From the human T2T-CHM13v2.0 reference genome, Homo sapiens, in the NCBI RefSeq assembly GCF_009914755.1, contig NC_060931.1: DNA of 64,000 nt, one strand, 5' to 3'. The translations under genes and the position numbers were made by a program. The stretch's first letter is position 1. The number at the start of each line of letters is the position of its first letter. The notes below the pieces were generated by a model. That model was not told the DNA's origin, made no database searches, and saw only the letters and a program-made list of their open reading frames with translations. Below, piece by piece: positions 53,729 through 64,000 of the stretch.

Positions 53729-53917
53729 AAATACTGGGATTTTTACCACTCTCTCTTTACTGTGTGCTGTAACTCTCCAAGGACTCTCATGCACTTATCG
53801 AGATGTGCCATTAGAAGAACATTACACAACAGATGCCATAGAGCAATTCCTTTGCTTTCCCTCCCATTGTCATTGAAAAAGTACTTGCTTTTAGAGCCAG
53901 AGGGAATTATTTATTAA
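53729..53917 (+). CDS. ASB4: ASB4 coding exon 5 (K365-Y426, SOCS box, TAA stop)
   Basis: Acceptor ttccttttcAG at 53728; encodes BC-box [14 protein letters not shown] and Cul5-box-like [10 protein letters not shown]; exon lengths sum to 1281 nt = 426 aa + stop. Confidence 0.96.
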   Translation, partial: KYWDFYHSLFTVCCNSPRTLMHLSRCAIRRTLHNRCHRAIPLLSLPLSLKKYLLLEPEGIIY

Positions 53918-53986
53918 GCCTTATGAGACAGCAGTTCCCAATCCTAGGTATTTAAGTGGACTTGCTGGGTAGACACAGTTTGCCTA

Positions 53987-53992
53987 AATAAA
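53987..53992 (+). terminator. Proximal polyadenylation signal (second AATAAA at 54081)
   Basis: AATAAA 70 nt after the stop, followed by G/T-rich sequence. Confidence 0.5.
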
Positions 53993-55704
53993 ATGGTACT
54001 TGGGTTGATTATAACACTTCAGGGATTTCAAAACACTTTACAAACACTGTCATTAATCCTAGAATATCATGGTATGGGGAAATAAAGAAGAAGTAAAGTT
54101 AAGGAATTTTCAAAGACAAGGATGTATTCAGAATGTACTGATAGAACAGTAATAACTAATATGTATAGTGTTCTTACTAAGTACCTGAAATATTTTTGTA
54201 AAACTTCTTATATCTTATCTCATCTGAAATGGGACCCAGGTTTTCTTCCAACCAATATAATTCTGTGCCTTATCAGTAATATGTTTACATTCTCATTCAA
54301 ATGGCCATATAGCAGGCTTTGCAATTGGCCTCTTAAACTTGGTGTTTTCCCCCATTACCCCTTAGCAGTAATTACTGTCACTAGTTTTACAAACTCCTAC
54401 TCCCCAAACCAAGCTACTCAAGTTTATTTCAGTGATGAAGGCATATGAGCATAGTCAAAACAAGGAGATCTTGGAGTCAAATTAGAAATGAGAAAGAAAC
54501 ATCAGTCCAGTTAATAGTCAAGAATGGACATTTGAACCAGACATCACTGAGCCAGAGACTGGAGATGCAAAGATGAGTCCCATGTGACTCCTGCCTTCCA
54601 GGATCTCACCATTTAGCAGAGGATCCAGACATACACACAGCTAACTGCAATATAAAGTGATGGGGCAAGAGTACAGGTGCAGACTCACTTTTAATGCTTA
54701 TCTTTCAAAGTTGTGTTTCTGACATGAAGTGTGATTTTTCTTTTAAGCATGAAGTTAAAGAGTGAAGGGGTTATGTAAAGTAGAGGGATCTCCTGCTCTT
54801 GTTAGGGTATTTTTAAGGTTTTTTCTAGATAGTGTGTCTTTTTGGTATGGTTTCTTGGTTAGTATTAATACTTTCCCAGACTCCTTGAGAAAAATATTGC
54901 ACACTCAATGGCTCCAGTGCATGTGACAAGGAAGCATAGGAAAATGGGGGAAAGAAAGTGTGTGAGGGGACCTAGTTGATTACTTCGGTCTTTTTATGTA
55001 GCAGACTGACATTTCATAGCATTGTAGCTAAGAGATAAGGAGCACTTTGCTAGTGACAGTGGGCTACGAAAAGTAAATAGAGAGACTTTTTGAAAATGGT
55101 AAAAGTTTGAGAAACTTGGGAAGATTAGTGTGTTAATCAGGCTTGCTAGTTAGTGGATTGCAGAAAGAAAAATGTAGGTGATTAAGCTCTGGGCCTTGTG
55201 GTTTATGAGGTCAATTTTGCTTCACTTTTTTTTTTGTTCTTGCTAATCACTTTTAGATAAGCTCATTGCTCTTAGCATCATTTTTTAGAGGTTAAAGCAG
55301 AAGTAAATTGCAAACAAATCTGTCAGTTGTGAGCAGATTTCTTTTATGTGTGTGGTTCTCCATCATATTTAACTTTGGATGCTGGAGTGTTGAATAGAGA
55401 TGATGTCAGATATTCCAATAGGCTATCATTTAATGTTAACTGGCAATCACCTAACTGGTTAATCTCAGTTGAGACTGTGCTTCTGAACTGGGATTGTCTT
55501 ACTCCCAGGGCTGTGTAAGAAAAGTCATAGGTGGATACAATAATCTCTTTTAAGTATCAGTTTTACTCAGATATTTTGGTGGAGATATTTTGTACTAAAA
55601 CAAGATCTATATCATGGAATAGAATGCTGAATTTGTATGAATTATTCACATAAAGCTTGATCTTTCAAAAAATAGTTTGCTTGCAGCAAGTGGTATTAGA
55701 ACAC

Positions 55705-56045
55705 ATCCTAAAACAGAATGAAATGATGTCTTTTGCAGCAACTTGGATGGAGCTGGAGGCCATTATTCTAAGTGAAGTAACTCAGGAATGGAAAGTGAAA
55801 TACCATATGTTCTCACTTATAAGTGGGAGCTAAGCAATGAGGATGCAAAGACATCCAGAGTGATATAATGGACTATGGGGACTTGCAAGGGGAAGCTTGA
55901 GAGTGGGGTGAGGGATAAAAGACTACATATTGGGTACAGTGTACACTGCTCCAGTGATGGGTGCACTAAAATCTCAAAATTCACCACTAAAGAATGTATC
56001 CATGTAACCAAAAACCACCTGTACCCCCAAAACTATTGAAATCTT
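55705..56045 (+). mobile_element. L1PB-like 3' end
   Basis: gcagcaacttggatggagctggaggccattattctaagtgaagtaactcagg...gggataaaagactacatattgggtacagtgtacactgctc. Confidence 0.85.
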
Positions 56046-56364
56046 AAAATAGTAATAATTAACAAAGTAAAACAAGATCACACCCTGGAACAATTGGAGG
56101 ATTGCTTGCTGCCCTGCATCTTAAGGCGTATTCTAGCAGCAAAGCTTGTGATGCACTGACTTGGGGCAAGTAAAACTGATGCTGAGGACAAAGGGAGAAG
56201 ATGTTCCTCGCCCAGGGAAATGAAAACTTTTCTTATTCACCTTGCTTGTGCTTAAACACTTATGTTCATCTAGTGTAGAATACATGGCTACTTGTTTGTA
56301 ATTTTTTTATTGGTGGAATTAAAGTAATTTTTCCTTATCTTTGAACTTTTATTTAGAGAACTTA

Positions 56365-56370
56365 AATAAA
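56365..56370 (+). terminator. Candidate distal polyadenylation signal (~2.5 kb 3'UTR)
   Basis: AATAAA followed by T/GT-rich element (ctttgtgttt) ~25 nt downstream. Confidence 0.45.
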
Positions 56371-58074
56371 GCTCTTCTGTCTCCTTTCATCTTTGTGTTT
56401 ACTTACCAATAAGACTCTTTTTCCTAACCCCGCTTTGACTTTTCAGCAATGACACTGAAGAACTCTACACATTTCATTGCTTTTATCAACAGTTAAAAAG
56501 AAAAAGAGAATCAGGGATTGTGCCTGTAAATAAATAATGTTTTCAAAAGAAAGTAAAGGGTAACTGTGGCCAAAACACAAATACAATGCAGCCTCTTGCT
56601 GTAAGAACAAGTGTGTTTTAATAGTAGTAAAGAAATTGTACTGAATCATTCTCCTCTGCCTCTCACCATCTCTGTCCTCCTGGGGTTTTTCATTTTCCTT
56701 CATTCTCACTGTCCACTAAACCCTGGGCAAAGCAACAGAGGAAATTACATCCTCATGACGCCTTTGTTACTTTCTTAGAAAACTTTCTGTAAATAGGATC
56801 TACTGTCTTGAAGAAAAAAACAATCTCTCTTCTGAAACTTACATGAGAGGAAGAATCTTAGATATGAGGGAAAGATCACCTATCTTGTTTTCTCTCCTTC
56901 TTAGGAACTAGACACACTTGTGTTCTATTTTTTAATCATCGAGTGTTATGTCTCTACTTTGTCCTTCCATTCTAAACCCAGTGGGTTCTGATAAAAACAC
57001 AGTAGTCGAACGATGATTGTAGGGATAAGAAAAGTAACAAACCATTTGCAGTGGGTTATCAATGTTGGAAAAGACAGCTGAGTCTTACGTTTTTATTACT
57101 CATCTGATTGTTTGTGAAGAACTTACAAAGTTCTAAGTTGGTACACTTTCCAAACTTTTACAAATGAATTCAACTATTCACCCATTTTCTTTGAAACACA
57201 AACACCACAGCTAGTATCTGGAAGGAATTCCTGTTACTTTCTTTAGGAGGATAAAGTAGATGCATTACAGTTAGGTGTTTGGAGGTTTGGCTCTGATGCT
57301 CTCTGTCTGGGTCCCCTCTTTATCTGACTCATAATATAGGGAAAATGACACACCTGCTCCAGGCCTCAGTTTTTTCATTTGTAAAATGAGAATAGTCACG
57401 GTGCCTACTTCATAGGACTTTTATAGGATTGTTTTGAGGGTTAAGTTATTAACAGATTAAAACATGTAGAGCAGACCATGACACTCAGTAGCATTTTATT
57501 GGTATTAATGTCCTTGCTTTTGTCATAATCATTATATTGTAGAGATAGGCTCCCACCAGTGGAGTAGTATATCCTTAGAGTGAATCTGTAGCTGCAGGTG
57601 ATACATTGTAGATTTCTATTCACTTTGGGAACTGTTGGGTGAGCTTGTACTGTGTCAGGACTTTGATGACAGCTGGGAATCCACGGGGGAACAAGACAAA
57701 CCAGGTCCCTGACCTTCCTGGGCTTTTTTGAGATAGGGAGTAGGGATAGAAATTCTCCACTGAGTGGGGGATTAGTAAACATGCCAACCAATTAATTTTT
57801 GCATCTTTGTATTTTTGTAAGTAGTAAAATAGACGCAATGATCTATTTTACTATGGAAAAATTTAGTCACTTGAAAATGTATCATATACGGAGCTGATTT
57901 CGCAGCTGTTTCCATCTTCAGTGGGGGAAAGAGAAGGAGGAGATGAATTTTGTAGCAGGACATAGATTAGCAATGAGATCCCTAGCAGGGAGGGTCATTG
58001 GGTATCAGAATGAATGAGCAGAGGGTAGAATAATTTCATTCATTTATTTTTTGACATGCAAGAATTTATTCTCT

Positions 58075-58258
58075 TAGCTGGGTATGGTGGCACATGCCTG
58101 TAGTCCCAGCTCCTCCGGAGGCTGAGGCAGGAAAATCACTTGAGCCCACGAGTTCAAGTTTACAGTGACCTATGATCACACCACTGTATTCCAACCTGGG
58201 CAACAGAGTGAGACCTTGACTGTAAAAAAACAAAAAAAACAAAAAAAAAACCCAAAAA
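58075..58258 (+). mobile_element. Alu right monomer (FRAM/AluJ-like)
   Basis: Single arm with A/C tail. Confidence 0.85.
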
Positions 58259-58442
58259 CTTTATTCGGTATTACTACCTGTGTAGTTCTCTGATAAATGT
58301 GGGAAGAAGAAGAGGAGTGTTGTTATCAAGTCACTTTAAGATTCATTTTTAGTAGCTCAAGGTTTTGGTTTATTTGTTTTTATTTAGAAATAAGGATAAA
58401 AACTACACAGTTTTTTAAAAAAATTAGATGCTGTCTAACTGA

Positions 58443-58947
<505 letters not shown>

Positions 58948-60803
58948 TAATTGGTTTTCTGTTTTCTCAGAAAGAGCTATGTCTCAATGATATTGGATAA
59001 CCACTCTGCAAATATATGCTGAATCCAGTTATGGAAATAAAATAGCCACCTTGTATTTCTTAAAGACAGCCTGGATTAGTTTTCAGTGCTCACTAAGCAG
59101 AGAAAAATGGACAAAACAGCTATCATGCTGGGGTGTGTAAGGCAGCCTCAGATGTAGAAGGTAGGTACTGAGGTCCTTCTCAAGATCCAGGAGCCAAGAC
59201 ACACCTGCTGAGAGGTACAAAGGCAAACATTCACTCCTTGTCCTGTTCCAGATGTGGTGGAAGCTGAAAGTCAGTATTTGACTGACAAGTGGTGGGAACC
59301 AATATAGATTACGAATAATTTGATTCAGGAAGCAAGACATACAAAATGAGCTGCCCATTCTCTAAACAAGGATCCTCTCTCTACCCTGCTCTGGGTCTTG
59401 GCAGAATGACTTTCACAGACTGTATCAACTGACTCCCTGTCGCCTGGCTTCCTAGAGGGTTCAGTCCATGGGAAGATCGGCAGAAGATTGGGGCCCTTCC
59501 TGGCTCCCTACCTACACTTCCACAGATAGCCCTTAATTAGTTTCTTTTCAGTCACCCCTATTGAGTGTGTCCTCCATTTCCTCTAGGGATCTGACTGATG
59601 CACACACAAAAAACACTGTGACAAGTCCGTGACAGCCTGGGCGGTGGTCGGGATGGTAAGTGCTATTGGAGTCGAGGGCAGATAGAAGCCACTATGGACC
59701 ACGGAAGGCAGGTGGACTTGATCTGTGACCTGAAGAGGGGTGGGGTTTAGGTAATAGTTTGGGTAACAGTAAGGCCCTGGGGTTTGGGAGGGAATTTAAA
59801 AGTGAGTATCCCTGACAAAGGGTGAGAGCTGGAGTATACACTGAGTATTCACCACTGTCAGTTAGAGTAACTTGATGCACGTAGATGAACATTTGTTGTG
59901 TGTGGGGAGCAGAGGATGAGGTTGGAAGAGCTGAGTGGGATGAAATTATGAAATGTCTCAAAGAGTGGGGAAGCACCATGGGGAATCAATGAATATTATT
60001 ATCATTATAATTATACTTTTTCCAACCTTATAATTTTTATAGCAGTAACAATTATGATACAACCATGTAACATTTACAGGGTATTCATCATTTTTAGAGC
60101 ACCGTCATGATGTTTAATACCAGGTAATTGCCTTTATCATTACTCTTTTCTTCCATGCCACCCCCAAATACAATTCTGATCCTTTAGATCTGAAAAAATA
60201 TGTAAAAATGATACTAATTAACCCTCCCTTCTCATGTAAAACACTCCAATCATATGGAATAATTTACTCTGGAGCAACAAAGGGGATGATAGCCTTACTT
60301 TTTCTTTTTATCAAAAGCTAAAGATTTTAAAAATTGCATTAAAAAAAGAAAGAAATGTTTCTTCCAGGGCATCAGAAAATGACAGAACAGAGCAAAATTT
60401 GGAGGTCTAGGACTGCTTATACTTCTCAACATGGCAGTGTTCAAGTGCTAAATTATTCACTGAAGCACTGACGTCATTACAGTCTTTCAGGGATCCCAGG
60501 ACTCCAAATACTGCTGAAGTCAGATGGACAACAAAAGGTCTCTTAGGATGATCCATCAAGGAAAACACAGGCATCAGCAAATTGTTCCTAAGCAACATCT
60601 GGTTAATTCTATGACAAAAATACAAAGAAGCTGAAAACTGTTTACTCCAACTAGCACTGCAGTGTGGCACAAAGAAAAATATATGGACTTTGGAATTCAA
60701 TGGCTTGAGTTTTAATCTTGATTGTTCCATTTAATATCTTTGTGAACTTGGGTCAGTTTCTTAATTCAAGTGTCAATTTCTTTATTTAGGTAATGGTGAT
60801 TAA

Positions 60804-61143
<340 letters not shown>

Positions 61144-63284
61144 AGATATGACAGGGTTTCTAAGACATTTATGTGCACAGGCCAAAGATCCAGCTTTTTT
61201 TTTTTTCTTTTTATTGCATTTTAACTGCAACGATTTTCCCGTGGTACAGACTCACTCTCTGAAACAAACTGTCCCAAGCTGTTTTGTTAAGGGTTCATTG
61301 CTCCTGGCAGTTTGGCCTAAAGGAGGCACTGTAGGAGAATTTTCTCCCTGCTGTGAATCACAGCTATGGAATTACACACAGCTTTCATTTCTAAAGGCCG
61401 TCTTGAAGAAAATTAAACCAGAAAGATCAAGAAAGGTAAATAGGTATTCTATGGCACCTTTCTTTAATCTCCTGGTTACAGTTTCAAAGAATTTTGCTCT
61501 TGCCTTCATTGGAAAGAGATCTGGGTATCAGGAAATGATTTTAGAACCATAGGTTTCTGTCCTGTGGTTACATAATCTGGAAGGAAAAAAACAACATTGC
61601 AGTTAGTTTCTCTCTGTGTAGCACTGAAATAGACAATTTCATTAGTAATTCCATTCATTCAATTTCCCTTCTTTCTTTCTTCCTCCCTGTTTTTCTTTCT
61701 GTCTCTTTCATATTCTCTCCATTTCTCTCTTCCCTTATTGTTTCTTGTTCTCATTCCTGGGTGTGGTTTTGTTTTTGTTTTTGTTTTGCTTCTTCGTGGC
61801 TAGGATCTCAGTGTGAGCATGTACTTATGTAGAGTAAATGTTGATATATTCTTAGGGTCTGTCAACAACTGGCAAGAATAGCATTTGTTGTCTTTCTAGC
61901 AATAGATTGCAGGTGAGAGATCAGGACCAAGCTAGGATTAAAAACTACCAAAGAGACAGGAGAAAAGCCTCCAAAATGAGATATGCATGTTTCTGCCCAT
62001 CCCAGGCAATGCCAGAGAAGCCTAATCATGCCATCTGAGTCACAGGTGTCCCATGCACTTTTGCACATAGTCAGACATCTCCACCGGTATGGTCACAGAG
62101 TTGCTCCCTTCTGGAAAATCATAAAAGAATTAGTTATTGAGATAATATAGCTGAATAGGTAGCCATACAGAGTAATGCATAGAATCAGACATGCCAGAGT
62201 TGGAACTCCTCCCTGTCACTTAATATTTTCTGAGGCCCAGTTCCCACCTTTGTAACTAGGAGCAATAATTGTTTAGTACAATGTCAGGCACCTGGTTAAC
62301 TTTTAATAAATTGCAATTATTATTATAGTCCCACCCTGCTTGAATTCTAGATTTCTGTAAGTGACTGACTTGTAGACCCTGCACATTCCACAAATGGTTA
62401 GACACACACATATCTAACAAAAATATGTGAGCATATGAATAGATATTCAGTGATATTCCAGTTGCAGCCCACTGAAGGAAATCTGCCCATTTGTAGACAT
62501 GGGCCGCATCTAAATAAATTAATATGGGCCCTCTTTCAATGTGTAGATATTTGATTTAGTTTCCAATGATTCTTAAATATTTTTTTTTCTGCGTTGGAGC
62601 AAGGTTGACTCATTGAACATATGCTGTGTCTGTATCTTATTTTGATATTATGTGGTGCTTGAATTTGAGCTCTTCAGGGATGGCAAAAGTGGGGTGTGTT
62701 ATTTTTTACACCTACGGCAGACAATAATAACCAACCAAAATATTCTCTCCTTTTGAGCCCAGACTCAGCCGCAGAGTTCTTCTCAGTACAGTGTAAGGAC
62801 TGTTACTTCCAATTGCTTAGAGTTGATAGGCAAGGTGAAATACATTTGTCATCCTTGGATTTCATTCTCAATCCTCTCACAGGCTCTTGGTCTCGAATTG
62901 TATAAATAAAAAGCTGGATGGAGTTAGAAGGCAGGGCTGCCGGCACAGGATTTCACTTTTGGTTTTCTTTGGTCAGGAGAAGCATAGAATTTTGCCATTT
63001 ATTCAACAAATATTTATTGAGCTGGACTCTGTACCTGCTGTGGATTCAAAGGTGAATAATGGCAAAGTCTTGGCCTTCATTGGGAAACTGATGAGTCTGC
63101 ACATTCAGATACCTGGGGTGCTTTCAAAAATACCACTCCAATTTCCCACGTCCCCTTTTAAAAGCTTTAATAGGCGAATTAGGTTAAGTACCTCACTTAT
63201 ACTATGTTGTAAATGCCTGTCTGCCAGTCTCTACCACCAGGCTGTAACCTCCTTAAAAGAAGGAACTGTAATCTCTTCAGTTTT

Positions 63285-63743
63285 TTAAAAGATTAAGGTA
63301 AAATTTACCAATAGTGAAATACACAACTTTAAAATGGATAATTGTATGAATGATTACAAGTGTATATACCCTTATAATCAACACTTTAGTCAAGGTAAAC
63401 AATACATTTATTACCCCAGAATATCTTCATGTATTCTTTTGTCTCTTTCTAGTAAATTCCTATCTCCCACAGGCAACCACTGTACTGTTTCTATCACCAT
63501 GGGTTAGGTTTACTTGGTTTTGAACTTCACAAAAACAGAATTATACAGCATATATTCTTATGTGTTTGGCTTCATTCTCGTAACATAATATTTTGGAGAT
63601 TCATCCATATTTTGCATATATTAGTAGTTTATACTTCTTTATTGCTTAATCGTGTTCCATCCTGTGAATATACCAAAATAAATATTTATGCATTCTCCTA
63701 GCGATGAAGATTTGGGTTATTTCCAGCTTAGGGTAATAATAGA
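63285..63743 (-). mobile_element. Old L1 3' fragment
   Basis: Antisense L1 motifs (aggcaaccactg; ggagattcatccat). Confidence 0.7.
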
Positions 63744-64000
63744 TGTGAGGGTTAGTTTTGTGTGTTAACTTGGCTAGGCTATGTGTATCCAGATATTTGG
63801 TTAAACATCAGTTTAGATGTTGCTGTGGAAATATTTTTTAGAAGTAATAAACATTTAAGTTAATAGGTTTTGAGTAAAGCAGATCACTCTCCATAATATG
63901 GGGTTTGTTCTCATCCCATCGGTTGAATGCCTTACAAGAAAAAGACTGAGGTCCCCTGAGAAAGTGGGAATTCTGCCTCCAGATTGTCTTCAGATTCATG
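63744..64000 (+). mobile_element. MLT2 LTR (runs off window)
   Basis: tgtgagggttagttttgtgtgttaacttggctaggct...ccagatatttggttaaacat...gagtaaagcagatcactctccataat. Confidence 0.8.

Overview
Primate (human-like) genomic DNA: AT-rich, CpG-poor and dense in Alu, L1, L2, MIR and LTR relics. It contains the complete 5-exon ASB4 gene (ankyrin repeat and SOCS box protein 4) on the + strand. The CDS is 2163-2349, 11938-12237, 43970-44460, 52595-52708 and 53729-53917, which splices through GT-AG junctions to 426 aa. Read-through into intron 3 gives a 349-aa form without the SOCS box. There are no prokaryotic features, and I cannot support a wholly new biological system. The most unusual things visible are: (1) an ungapped ~98%-identical 332-bp direct duplication in intron 2 carrying a perfect NF-kB site plus RUNX/E-box motifs; (2) a repair-like scar where a truncated Alu ends in three templated inverted copies of local sequence; (3) an out-of-frame uORF overlapping the ASB4 start; (4) a symmetric 300-nt exon 2 that would be an endless ORF if circularised; (5) a CpG-rich exon 3 with HRE-like motifs; (6) a possible unidentified decayed retrocopy in intron 2. 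Repeat subfamily names and most repeat boundaries are by-eye and approximate.
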